Source: a bacterium
GTDB taxonomy: Bacteria > UBA8248
Assembly (NCBI GenBank): GCA_965213625.1
Contig: CBDBZU010000004.1
Span: forward strand, 1,760,001 to 1,824,000
Length of the DNA: 64,000 nt
Reading direction: 5' to 3'
Under the pieces are notes generated by a model. The model was not told the DNA's origin, did not search any database, and saw only the letters and a program-made list of their open reading frames with translations. The position numbers were made by a program, and so were the translations under genes. Positions 29,345-39,617 of the stretch are shown here, one piece after another. Numbering within the stretch: the first letter of the stretch is position 1; each line of letters starts with the position of its first letter.

Positions 29345-30751
29345 ATGCCTAAAGTCACGGTGTACATCCCCACCCACAACTACGGCCGTTTTCTCGATGT
29401 CGCGATACAAAGCGTATTGAAGCAGACCATGGACGACTGGGAGTTGATCGTAATCGATGACGGCTCGACGGACGACACTTCGGAAATTCTCAAACCTTAT
29501 AGAGTCCATCCTAAAATCCGCATTCTCGAGCAAAAAAACAGAGGTTTGAATTTCACGAACAACGTCGCTTTGCACATCGCTAGGGGCGAATACCTCATGC
29601 GGCTGGACGCGGATGATCTCCTGGATGAGAACATTCTCTTGGTTCTCTCCCATGTCTTGGACACGAAACCCGACGTGGGTCTGGTGTATCCGGATTATTA
29701 TCAAGTGGACGAGGATGGAGCGGTCACCCAAATCGTTCACCGCCAGAAGATCGGAGTAGAAGTCGATTTACTGGATCTTCCGGCGCATGGCGCATGCACC
29801 ATGTTTCGCAAGGAAATTCTGCTGGAAATGGGCGGTTATTTTGAGGAGTTCGATCGTCAGGATGGTTACGGCATGTGGCTGAAATTCATCGAGCGGCATC
29901 GTCCTTACAATGTGAATTTGCCCCTGTTCTATTATCGCCGCCACGCAAAGAGCTTGTCGAAATCCCGGGGCTTGGTTCTGGAGGCGCGCCGCAAAATCAA
30001 AAGACGGGTGGTGGAAGAGATGAACCTTTACCGTAAACCGAGAGTGTTGGCGCTAGTTCCCGTCGTCGTGGATGAGGGATTCGAATTCGGAAATCCTTTT
30101 GCGCAGTTCATGGGAAAAGCGCTGCTCGAACGAACGCTGGAGGAAATCAGTCAAGCGCGTTATATCGACAAGATAGTCGTATCCTCGAGCGATGAGGACG
30201 TATTGGCTTATGTCGATCGTTTCGAGGGAGTGGACAGCATCCACAGGCCTCAAGCACAGGTGAGACGAACCACCAGGACGGAGGACACGGCGCTTCATGT
30301 TTTGAAGACACTGGAGGAGCGGGGATATATGCCCGACGCCGTTTGCATATGCTGCATCAACACCCCTTTTCGCCGGAGCGCGCACATCGACAAGGCCGTG
30401 GATACCATGACGATTTTCAAGGTCGATTCCGTGATATCCATCGCCGAGGATGTTTCGTTTTTCTACCACCACGGGAAAAACGGGCTTACCCCCGTCAACG
30501 GTTCAGCCCAGAGAATGCTGTGTCTGGAGAAAAAAGCGTTGTTCAAAGAAAACGGCGCGATTTATCTAAGCCGGGTGGAGACCGTTTTAGAAGGAAAATT
30601 ATTGGGAGAAAGTATAGGGCACATCACGATGCTTCCGGAGGAAAGTGTGAGAATCAATTCCGAGTACGAGTTCTGGCTGGCTGAGAAAATAGCGGCCGAG
30701 TGGATGCAGACGGCTTCGTCTGCTAAACTTGTCGATGTTCAAACTCCATAA
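29345..30751 (+). CDS. GT2 glycosyltransferase fused to a cytidylyltransferase-like domain
   Basis: IDDGSTD and RLDADD; C-terminal TPFR..HID, ENGAIY, SVRIN. Confidence 0.82.
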   Translation: MPKVTVYIPTHNYGRFLDVAIQSVLKQTMDDWELIVIDDGSTDDTSEILKPYRVHPKIRILEQKNRGLNFTNNVALHIARGEYLMRLDADDLLDENILLVLSHVLDTKPDVGLVYPDYYQVDEDGAVTQIVHRQKIGVEVDLLDLPAHGACTMFRKEILLEMGGYFEEFDRQDGYGMWLKFIERHRPYNVNLPLFYYRRHAKSLSKSRGLVLEARRKIKRRVVEEMNLYRKPRVLALVPVVVDEGFEFGNPFAQFMGKALLERTLEEISQARYIDKIVVSSSDEDVLAYVDRFEGVDSIHRPQAQVRRTTRTEDTALHVLKTLEERGYMPDAVCICCINTPFRRSAHIDKAVDTMTIFKVDSVISIAEDVSFFYHHGKNGLTPVNGSAQRMLCLEKKALFKENGAIYLSRVETVLEGKLLGESIGHITMLPEESVRINSEYEFWLAEKIAAEWMQTASSAKLVDVQTP

Positions 30752-30951
30752 CCACCACTCCACGAGATAAAAAAGACCCACCACGAGGCAAAGGTTCCGG
30801 AAATATCGACCTGGTTCGAGAACGAGTGAAGATTTAGCGCATGGCGTAAGTTCCAAAGCGCAGTGAGTGTTTCTTTCAAGGCGCTCGGGATTTTCGGCCT
30901 GCTGTAATCGTTCAGTTTTCGGGCCATTCCCTGCTTAACCAAAGAAGCCGC

Positions 30952-32715
30952 ATGTGGAACGATAGGCAAAGGAATATTCTGGACGTCGCGCGGGATTACA
31001 AGGATTTTCTGTTCTTGTATCTGGGCATCCTCATTTTGGCGACGGTGTTCGAGAGCGTCGGTCTCGGGATGCTGATGCCCATCTTTCAGACGATTCAGGG
31101 CACCGAAACGAACCACGTCCTCACGGCGTATGCCGAACGGGGATTTGGCCTCATCGGCTTGGAGTTTTCACTCCTTAACCTCATCGCTTTGTTCACGCTT
31201 GCCATGCTGGTCAAATATGCTCTGGTAGCGATTTCGATGCGCTTCGCGAGGGTGTTGAGCGCGAGAATCGCATGCGACATGAGAGAAAAAATCTTACGGA
31301 ACCTCATGGAGTTCCCGCTCTCGTTTTTTTACCAGAAAAAAATCGGCGATCTCATCAGCGTTCAATTCACCTCTGCGAACAATTGCGGATTTGTTTTCGA
31401 ACACGTGATGCTTATTACGAACGCCGTTTTCTTCTGTGTTTTGTATCTGATTCTGAATCTGATGGTTTCTTTTTCACTGAGTGTGCTTGTCCTCGGCTTC
31501 ACGTCGCTCTCATTGTATTTGCTGCTCCCCTGGTTTCGGAAGGCCTATGCCGAAGGAGAGATAGAGTCGGAGGGAATGGAAAACGTCAGTTCTTATCTTC
31601 ACGACGTTTTCTCTGGAATCAAGACGGTCAAAGTGTTCGGAAATCTTGAGCACCACCTCAAAGTTTACTCGATGCGAGCGGGCGAATATCGCCGGGTATC
31701 GGTCCGGATAATGGAAAATAGAATCTTTGCCTCTTTCTTTTACGAACCCTTGATTTTCCTGATGATGGTTATTTGTCTGGTCATTTCGGTCACATTTCTG
31801 GAAATCCCCTTTTTCACCCTTACAGTATTTTTGGCTATCTTTTTGCAGGTGCTCCCCAAGCTCAAGCTGATAGGCAACTATTGGCTCATCGTGAGCGAAT
31901 TCACCCCCCACCTGGAGAGGGTTCTCAAATACGCCGAAGGCGAATATCAGGAATGTTTGCCGCAAGGAACCACCTCGGTCGGTTCTCTTCAAAAAGGGGT
32001 CCGGTTCGAGAACGTGTCGTACGCCTATCCGGGCGCACAGGAAGATGCACTGAGCGGAATAAGCGCCTCGATTGAAAAGGATGCGACGACGGCGCTCGTG
32101 GGTTCGTCTGGCAGCGGGAAATCGACTTTCGTCGATTTGTTTCTGCGCCTTCACGATCCGGTGCATGGTGACGTTTACGTCGATGACGTGAATTTGAGAA
32201 ATGTGTCCGCAAGCCAGTGGCGAAAGCGGATTGGGATAGTAGAACAGGACCCCTATCTATTCAACGACACGGTTTACAACAATATACGATATGGAAACTT
32301 GAGCGCGGCTGAAACGCAAGTGCGGCAGGCGGCTGAAATCGCTTATGCGCATGAATTCATCGCCCGAATGCCAGAGGGTTACCGGACGATTATCGGAAAT
32401 CGGGGGTTCAAATTATCCGGGGGCCAGAAACAGCGTCTGGCCCTCGCAAGAGCCCTTGTTCGTTCCCCCCGGATACTGGTTCTGGATGAAGCGACGAGTT
32501 CACTCGATAGCGGATTCGAGCGTCTCATCCAGGAGGCCGTGTGGAATCTCGGGGGACGAATGACCATTCTGATCGTCACTCATCGTCTTTCCACGATCAA
32601 AGATGCGGACAAGATTCTGGTTCTGGAGGGCGGGAGAATCGTCGAGGAAGGAGATCATCTCGCTCTCATGCGGATGGAAGGCAGATACAGGAAATTCGTG
32701 GAATTGCAGTCATAA
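30952..32715 (+). CDS. ABC exporter permease/ATPase (MsbA/PglK-like glycan flippase)
   Basis: TM domain plus GSSGSGKST, LSGGQKQR and LDEATSSLD. Confidence 0.88.
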   Translation: MWNDRQRNILDVARDYKDFLFLYLGILILATVFESVGLGMLMPIFQTIQGTETNHVLTAYAERGFGLIGLEFSLLNLIALFTLAMLVKYALVAISMRFARVLSARIACDMREKILRNLMEFPLSFFYQKKIGDLISVQFTSANNCGFVFEHVMLITNAVFFCVLYLILNLMVSFSLSVLVLGFTSLSLYLLLPWFRKAYAEGEIESEGMENVSSYLHDVFSGIKTVKVFGNLEHHLKVYSMRAGEYRRVSVRIMENRIFASFFYEPLIFLMMVICLVISVTFLEIPFFTLTVFLAIFLQVLPKLKLIGNYWLIVSEFTPHLERVLKYAEGEYQECLPQGTTSVGSLQKGVRFENVSYAYPGAQEDALSGISASIEKDATTALVGSSGSGKSTFVDLFLRLHDPVHGDVYVDDVNLRNVSASQWRKRIGIVEQDPYLFNDTVYNNIRYGNLSAAETQVRQAAEIAYAHEFIARMPEGYRTIIGNRGFKLSGGQKQRLALARALVRSPRILVLDEATSSLDSGFERLIQEAVWNLGGRMTILIVTHRLSTIKDADKILVLEGGRIVEEGDHLALMRMEGRYRKFVELQS

Positions 32716-32829
32716 AGGGGCCTTACGAATTTCACCGTGAGCACAGGTTCTCGCTGGGTTCTAGGGGTCTGCGCGAGTTTGTGAACAATATGGACTCATC
32801 CAAGAGGAAAAAGGTGTATCGGTGAAATT

Positions 32830-34755
32830 ATGTGCGGAATTTGCGGCATCACCTCGACTGAACTCTCGCCTGCCTCGCTAGAGGAGAGCGTTGCACGGAT
32901 GTGTGACGCGATGGTGCATCGCGGCCCCGACGATGTAGGACTTTGGCGATTCGGCGAAACCTGCATCGGGGTGAGGCGTTTGAGTGTTATCGACACGAGT
33001 TCGGCGGCGAAACAACCTATGGTCAGCGAAGACGGTAGAACCTGCGTTGCATTGAACGGGGAAATCTACAATTTCAAACAATTGAGGGAACAATTAGAGG
33101 GCCGCGGCCACGTCTTTAGAGCTCAATCTGATACGGAGGTTCTACTGCGCCTCTACGAGGAAGAGGGGGAAGAATGCACCCGTCTTTTAAGAGGCATGTT
33201 CGCGTTCGTAATCGTGGACACCACTCGACGGGTATTGCTGCTGACCCGTGACCGGCTCGGCGTAAAGCCTTTGTACTATGCGCCTATCACGGGTGGATGG
33301 GCGTTTGCCTCGGAATTGGGGGCGCTGGTGAGAAGCGGTGTGATCCGCCCCGAACTCGATTTGAATTCTCTGGACCTTAGTCTTTCTCTGGGTTTTGTTC
33401 CGGGTGGACGCACGATGTTGAGAGGCGTGAGGGCGTTGCCTCCTGGACACCGGATGTGCATTACGGAGAGGGGATCTTCCATCAAGCGGTGGTGGGAGAT
33501 GCCTGTGGCTGGAACGACGCAATGTGCCGAAAAGGAAATCGTTCCCAGGCTGCGCGACTTGCTGGAGGAAAGCATCGAGCTCCACAAGATAAGCGATGTT
33601 CCCATCGGGGCGTTTTTGAGCGGTGGTCTGGATTCTTCGGCGATTACGGGTTTGATGTCGCGTCAGTCGGACAAACCCGTCAGGACCTATTCGGTCGGCT
33701 TCGATGATGTTCCTGAAGGTTGCGATGAGAGGAAATATGCGAGAACGACTGCGCAATCCTTCTCAACGCGCCACCTGGAGTTCGTATTCAAAGGTTCGAA
33801 AGTAGCGGGAGAACTTCCTGGCATCGTACGGCATATGGACCAACCCAGCTTCGATGGGATCAACACCTATCTCGTATCTCAGGCGGCAAAACAAGATGGC
33901 GTTACCGTCGCCTTGTCCGGCCTTGGGGCGGATGAGTTGTTCGGCGGCTACGACTCATTTCGCCTTATACCCCCTTGGTGGCGATTGTCGGCCATATGGG
34001 GAAAGTTGCCTTTAGCTACGAGAAAAATTCTCGTTGCACCAGCATCGCCGATGCTCCGCCTCAGCCCAGGCATGTCTTTGGAGCGCATCCAAAAGCTCGG
34101 TAGGCTGAAATGGGTGGATTCGCCGATTGGATTGTATGGCCTGGCGCGTCTTTTGTTGTGGCCTGAGGAAAAGAGAGTTTTTTATTCCCCGCAACTTCAG
34201 GTCCATTTTCACGAACGCAATCCGGACAGGGATATTTTCGCCATGCTCGCCTCGTTGCACCGCGTCGGCGAGAGGCCCTGGAGCGTTCTAAGCGAACTCG
34301 AATTGCAGGTGTACCTGGGGTGGAGAACCCTGCGGGATACCGACGTGATGAGCATGGCCCATTCCCTCGAAGTGCGAGTACCGTTCATTGATCATCACGT
34401 CGTGGAATTCGTTTGTGGCCTGCCGCCCGGGTGGGAGAAAAGGTGGGGCCACCCGAAGAAATTACTCGAGGCGTCTCTTCGCGACGTTATCCCCGCTGAT
34501 ATTTCGGCCAGGAGAAAACAGGGGTTTGCACTTCCGATGGCGAAGTGGATGAAAGAAGATTTTCGCGAAATTATCGAGGATGCGCTGAGTGAAGAATCGC
34601 TTCGCAGAAGAGGGATTTTCTCGTCCAAAGAGGTGCGCAGGTTATACGCCCATTTCAGGAAAGGAAAATCTGACCACACCCTTGTTTGGTTTCTGACGGT
34701 TTTGGAGCTTTGGTTTCGGGAGATGTTGGACATGCATCACCCGGAGATAATTTGA
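32830..34755 (+). CDS. asnB: Asparagine synthase-like glutamine amidotransferase
   Basis: MCGI, HRGPD, NGEIYN, LSGGLDSS and G.DELFGGY motifs. Confidence 0.9.
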   Translation: MCGICGITSTELSPASLEESVARMCDAMVHRGPDDVGLWRFGETCIGVRRLSVIDTSSAAKQPMVSEDGRTCVALNGEIYNFKQLREQLEGRGHVFRAQSDTEVLLRLYEEEGEECTRLLRGMFAFVIVDTTRRVLLLTRDRLGVKPLYYAPITGGWAFASELGALVRSGVIRPELDLNSLDLSLSLGFVPGGRTMLRGVRALPPGHRMCITERGSSIKRWWEMPVAGTTQCAEKEIVPRLRDLLEESIELHKISDVPIGAFLSGGLDSSAITGLMSRQSDKPVRTYSVGFDDVPEGCDERKYARTTAQSFSTRHLEFVFKGSKVAGELPGIVRHMDQPSFDGINTYLVSQAAKQDGVTVALSGLGADELFGGYDSFRLIPPWWRLSAIWGKLPLATRKILVAPASPMLRLSPGMSLERIQKLGRLKWVDSPIGLYGLARLLLWPEEKRVFYSPQLQVHFHERNPDRDIFAMLASLHRVGERPWSVLSELELQVYLGWRTLRDTDVMSMAHSLEVRVPFIDHHVVEFVCGLPPGWEKRWGHPKKLLEASLRDVIPADISARRKQGFALPMAKWMKEDFREIIEDALSEESLRRRGIFSSKEVRRLYAHFRKGKSDHTLVWFLTVLELWFREMLDMHHPEII

Positions 34756-34776
34756 TGCAGGCGAGAGGAATTCGGA

Positions 34777-35598
34777 GTGATTAGCGTTTTGATGACGTCT
34801 TACAACGCTCAGGCGTACATCGCCTCCGCCATGGAGAGCATACTCGCTCAAACGGAGTCTGATTTTGAATGCGTCATCATCGACGATGGTTCCACCGACG
34901 ATACGATTCGCGTCGTCAAGCAATTTTACGACCCCAGAATTCGCCTGATAGAAGCGGGTAGGATCGGGCTCGCGAGAGCACTCAACATCGGGGTGCGCGA
35001 GAGCCGAGGTGAATTCATCGCCCGCCACGACGCCGACGATGTGTCTCACCCCAAAAGATTCGAAATTCAAAAAGTGGCAATTCAGCGTTTTCCTGAATAT
35101 TCTGCCGTCGTCTCTCCACTGTTCGCATTTCATGCCGAAGATGTTCCGTGTTGGCCCGAATTCGGATTGGAAAAGGTCGGGCCTTCACTGAATGACGTGA
35201 GAAAGAAACTCATGTTGTTCAATCCGGTCGTACACACGTCATTGTTCGTGAGAAGCGAGGTGATGAAGTATATCCGCGGCTATGACGAGAGCCGCGCCAG
35301 CCAACTCGACTGGGACCTGTACATTCGGTTGTATGAATGCGGGATGAAGCTCGGGTCTTTGCAGATTCCCGTAGCTGCTAAAAGAATCCATGCGAGACAG
35401 TTCTTCGAACGGGGCGCGAGGTTTCGCTATGTGCTCGAAGGAGTGGTGCTGCAAAACAGGGCGATACGCACACTGGGGGGTGGATTTGTGTATCGAGCAC
35501 TGTTGCCGTTTTGGTTTTTATACCGAATGTTGCCGCACAAAGTGCGCATGTGGGTGAAGCAAGGCTATTTTTCAAAAAACCCGAGTGCGCGGGGATAA
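34777..35598 (+). CDS. GT2 glycosyltransferase
   Basis: IDDGSTD and RHDADD motifs. Confidence 0.88.
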   Translation: MISVLMTSYNAQAYIASAMESILAQTESDFECVIIDDGSTDDTIRVVKQFYDPRIRLIEAGRIGLARALNIGVRESRGEFIARHDADDVSHPKRFEIQKVAIQRFPEYSAVVSPLFAFHAEDVPCWPEFGLEKVGPSLNDVRKKLMLFNPVVHTSLFVRSEVMKYIRGYDESRASQLDWDLYIRLYECGMKLGSLQIPVAAKRIHARQFFERGARFRYVLEGVVLQNRAIRTLGGGFVYRALLPFWFLYRMLPHKVRMWVKQGYFSKNPSARG

Positions 35599-37024
35599 CG
35601 GTTCTGTGTACTTGAAGCGCGTTGCGTGGAATGTCCGCCCTGATTCAAAAGAGAAGAAATCCTTTCGGTTTACAAATACGGCAATTTATCTTCATGCGAT
35701 TTATTTTCTCGTTCCGTGGGAACGCGTTCCCTACTTTCCGGGTGTGGGACCATATAAAGTCTACATGTTCCTTTTTGTTTTGTTGTGCGCCGCATGGAGA
35801 TTAGAAATTGTTCGATATGGGGCGAGAAAACCGACTGTGGTATTCACCATCGCCGCCTTTTGGTTCTGGGTGATTTTCTGGGCGGGAATCATCCATGGCA
35901 ACATGCAGGGGGACCCCATCAAGGTGATCGTGCCCCTCTACCGGATTCTGGCTGATGCTGTACCATACGCTGACGGCATGCTCGTTTGGTATCTGATTCA
36001 AAACAACCGGTGGGGCATAGCAGAATTCGAGAGCGCCCTCGGGAGTGTATTCTGGATATCATTGGCGATGGGTGTCGAGAGCATTTTGTTCTATTACTTT
36101 CGTATTCCTAATCCATTTTCACTCAATCATGAAGGACAGTTTTTTCTCGGCATGTTCGCCAGGCATCATATCGTCGCCAGTAGACTCGGGTTGATACTGG
36201 CGGGCGCCGCCTTCTATTTCTTCTGGAGACGTGGCGGCTGGTTTTACCTTCTCGTGTCGTTCGCCGGTATTCTCCTGGTGTATTCCACATGGCGCCGGGT
36301 TCCGATTGGCGCGCTGTTCCTGGGCGCGTTCCTATGTATTCTCTTCTTCATGAAGTTCAGAAGAAGTCCAGACGAAAAGGGGAAGATGAAGTCTTATTTC
36401 GTTTACTGTCTCACGGCATCGGTTTTCCTCGCGTGCCTCGGCGTATCGGTGATGGTGGGGACGAGGGTGCGGGGTGAGTTCGTCGAAGCGTCGAATCTAT
36501 CGATGAGCGTGAAAGAACGGCTATTTCAGCACGCGCGGGCGGCTGACGTGTTTTTTGCGCGGCCTTTCCTGGGGGGCGGACCGCGACAGGGATTCTTGTA
36601 TGGATACTCCAAAGATACGCCAGCCACGATTTCTGCGTATTTTTATGGCGACGTCACCCGGTATGAATCGGGTATTCGGGGATGGTCGACTTCGGATTTG
36701 TTTCAGGAAAACCCGAGAAAGAGTGCGCCCGTTTCTCTCCACAGCTTGCCGATGAATTTTATCGTGGATTTGGGAGTGCTGGGGCTCGTTTTAGTGATGG
36801 TCATGCTGGTTAAGGGAGCGATGTATTTTTTCAAAGTCATGCGCTTGCCGCCGAGCGAAGATTCACTCTCCCTCGTGATGCCTTTTGCCGTTATCTTTTC
36901 CACCGTCGCTGCCTTGTTCGTTGCTGTTTCCACAACGGCCCACTTCTATCCTTACTGGCTGTTTGCCATCCTGCTCTGTTTTCTACACAGGCTCTATTGT
37001 AAAGTTCTGGCGAAAGTTGCCTAG
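35585..37024 (+). CDS. O-antigen ligase/polymerase-like membrane protein
   Basis: Multi-TM; RPFLGGG and LHSLP..IVDLGVLG pattern. Confidence 0.7.
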   Translation: MRGDNGSVYLKRVAWNVRPDSKEKKSFRFTNTAIYLHAIYFLVPWERVPYFPGVGPYKVYMFLFVLLCAAWRLEIVRYGARKPTVVFTIAAFWFWVIFWAGIIHGNMQGDPIKVIVPLYRILADAVPYADGMLVWYLIQNNRWGIAEFESALGSVFWISLAMGVESILFYYFRIPNPFSLNHEGQFFLGMFARHHIVASRLGLILAGAAFYFFWRRGGWFYLLVSFAGILLVYSTWRRVPIGALFLGAFLCILFFMKFRRSPDEKGKMKSYFVYCLTASVFLACLGVSVMVGTRVRGEFVEASNLSMSVKERLFQHARAADVFFARPFLGGGPRQGFLYGYSKDTPATISAYFYGDVTRYESGIRGWSTSDLFQENPRKSAPVSLHSLPMNFIVDLGVLGLVLVMVMLVKGAMYFFKVMRLPPSEDSLSLVMPFAVIFSTVAALFVAVSTTAHFYPYWLFAILLCFLHRLYCKVLAKVA

Positions 37025-38472
37025 GGGTTTTCCGATCCCTTGGTTTTCGCCGTCAGGCAAATCGCCGTGATGGCCCAGTAGAGAACGGATATTTTAGGAG
37101 ACGAAAAGATGTTCTCCGCACCTGCCTGAAAACATACGCCGATGCAGGCGGCCCAACCCCATGCTTCGGCTGAGCGTATCGAAAGCCGCCCAGATTTTCT
37201 CAGATGAAGAAATACCTCTATAAGGCCACCGGCTATCAGGCAAAGAAAAAGAAAACCTCCCGGAAAGCCTGTTTCGACGAAGGCTTTGAGATAAGAGGAA
37301 TGGGCCGAAAGCGGTGGCAGACTTTCATCCCCTCCTTTGGAACGTTTCTTCCTCCGGTCGCGAGACTTGCCCACTTGCCTTGAATCGGAATCTTTTACTC
37401 GCCAGGGCGGGGCTTTCAGTCTTTCGTTATTTATGTATTTCCTCTCGCTTTGCTGAAACGCCTGGGGGAAGAGGCCGTTTCCATGGCCCGTCAAAGGGCG
37501 ATCTGCGAGCATTTTCCCGCCGACGCGATAGATATAGATTCTGGGGAGCAGCGATAAGTCCATGAAATCTTTGTCATTGGCGGCAACTGCGCCTATCGAC
37601 AGGATCAAGAGAGCAGCCAGTAAGTTCCAGAGGAGACGGTTACCGAATCGGGAGATGCGGGCGGATATCATGTTCGTGAGGCATGGTTTTGTGAAATACA
37701 AAATCAGCAAATAACAGACGGTGAAGCCCAATACCCCTCCATAGCTACCCGTCGACGCCAATGCGATAAGATGTGCGGCAAGTATTGTGGTTGCCGCCGG
37801 ACGTGAAAACGTGCGGAATAGCAATGGGTAGAGCACCGCACATAGAACCAGGTAGGCGGCGAGAAAATTCGGATGCCCGATCGGACCGGGCCGGGAATCG
37901 AAGAACATCCGGGGAAATGACGAATACAGCAGCTCGGTGCTGAAGCTGTGTTGCGGCCCCCAGATTTTCCAGGTGATTTGATAGGCCAGATTTTGGAGTA
38001 AGACCGCCGCGAGCATGATGATGCCGCCGTAGAGGATGGCTTTCAGTATCCGGTTGCGGGAAATGCCATCTCCGCAAATATTCTGAAAAACGAAGAAGAT
38101 GATGAAATAGGCTATCGTTTCGGCCAGGCCCCAGAATTGCTGTTTGAGAGGAGCGCCACTCAACCATGCCGCAACGAGGCTCCAGGCGATGTAGGTGAGC
38201 CAGATGTAGCAGAAAACCGGTAGGCTGTGCAGCCGGACGTGTTTTCTGTTTTTCAGTACATACCATGCGTAGCCTGTGGCCAATGCCAGGAGCGCCATTT
38301 TGTCGTATGAGATGCTTCTCCCCGTATCGCCAAAGGCGACCTCGATGTTGACGAGTGGATTCAGGAACAAGAATAACGCGCCCCCGGCACCGAGGTTGTA
38401 TAGGCTCGTACAGACGATCGTGGCAGCGCCGATGAACATAGCGCCATATGCCAGGTACGAAGGGTTCATCAC
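37021..38472 (-). CDS. O-antigen ligase family protein
   Basis: HPNFLAAY, RPLTGHG and AHSSYL..VETG motifs; multi-TM. Confidence 0.78.
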   Translation of the reverse strand: MMNPSYLAYGAMFIGAATIVCTSLYNLGAGGALFLFLNPLVNIEVAFGDTGRSISYDKMALLALATGYAWYVLKNRKHVRLHSLPVFCYIWLTYIAWSLVAAWLSGAPLKQQFWGLAETIAYFIIFFVFQNICGDGISRNRILKAILYGGIIMLAAVLLQNLAYQITWKIWGPQHSFSTELLYSSFPRMFFDSRPGPIGHPNFLAAYLVLCAVLYPLLFRTFSRPAATTILAAHLIALASTGSYGGVLGFTVCYLLILYFTKPCLTNMISARISRFGNRLLWNLLAALLILSIGAVAANDKDFMDLSLLPRIYIYRVGGKMLADRPLTGHGNGLFPQAFQQSERKYINNERLKAPPWRVKDSDSRQVGKSRDRRKKRSKGGDESLPPLSAHSSYLKAFVETGFPGGFLFLCLIAGGLIEVFLHLRKSGRLSIRSAEAWGWAACIGVCFQAGAENIFSSPKISVLYWAITAICLTAKTKGSENP

Positions 38473-38890
38473 GGGCTTATGGCCTCCAGGATGCGGAGAC
38501 TTTCTTGAAAAGGACCGAAAATCTCACACCCTCATGATCGATAAAATGTATATGCCTAAAAAATATTTTTCGTTTTGCTGGTGAGTTGACAATCCTGGTT
38601 TTTCCTCACACCATGCCATTTGGCATACAATTCATGCGCGTAGATCACGGACTGCTCGCAGAATAGAAGGCAATTATCTCCAAGTAGGAATTTGCGTGAA
38701 GCCATGGCGTATTTTCTGTCCGCGCGGTTGATTAAGAATTCCGGTTCAGCTGCGAAACATTAATTTCGTTATATTTTCGTAATATTGCGAAATATAAGCG
38801 AAAACACCTTGGATGTAAAGTAAAAAACGCGACCAATTCGGGTCGAAACGCGTAATTGACGCATCATGTTTCATGCACTCATGAATTGGG

Positions 38891-39574
38891 TTGATTTCTC
38901 TCATGGATGGACGCATTCCTTTGGAATCCATTTCCGGTAGCGGGAAATTTTCTGCACTCAAGAGCGGACGGGTCTTGAGCCGACGTCAGTATCTTTGCAA
39001 ACGCGCGTTTGATTTGGGGTTTAGCATCGTGGTTCTGGCATTGTTCACCCCGGTTGGACTTCTCATCGCCATCCTGATCAAGTTCGTGAGTGAGGGGCCG
39101 ATATTTTATTCCCAGTTTCGTGTCACCCAGGGTGGGCGATTGTTCACACTCTATAAGTTCCGGACCATGCGCGTGGATGCCGACCAGCCGGAGGGAACCA
39201 TGTCCACGAAAGAAAACGACCCGAGGATCTATCCGTTCGGGCGTTTCCTGCGCCGCTGTCATCTCGATGAATTTCCCCAACTCTGGAATGTCATCAAGGG
39301 GGATATGAGCATCGTTGGCCCAAGGGCGGAGTACATCAAGACGCTGGAGATAGCCAAGAAGCACTATCCCGAATTTGAATATCGCGAACTCGTTCCGGCG
39401 GGAATCACGGGATGGGCGCAGATTCGGCAAGGCCACGTCGACCAGATTGAAGACTACAGAATCAAGCTGGAGCACGACATATACTACATTCTGAACTACT
39501 CGTTCTGGATAGATTTGCAAGTGGTATTCCTGACGATGCTCACTCTCTTGCGCATACGACGGCATCGACTCTAG
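38891..39574 (+). CDS. Initiating phosphoglycosyl transferase (Bac_transf)
   Basis: KRAFD, YKFRTM, LDEFPQLWNV.KGDMS.VGPR and GITGWAQ motifs. Confidence 0.92.
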   Translation: MISLMDGRIPLESISGSGKFSALKSGRVLSRRQYLCKRAFDLGFSIVVLALFTPVGLLIAILIKFVSEGPIFYSQFRVTQGGRLFTLYKFRTMRVDADQPEGTMSTKENDPRIYPFGRFLRRCHLDEFPQLWNVIKGDMSIVGPRAEYIKTLEIAKKHYPEFEYRELVPAGITGWAQIRQGHVDQIEDYRIKLEHDIYYILNYSFWIDLQVVFLTMLTLLRIRRHRL

Positions 39575-39617
39575 CCTCACAGCCGTTTGCGAGAGGTTTG
39601 CGCGCATTTGCGAAGTT

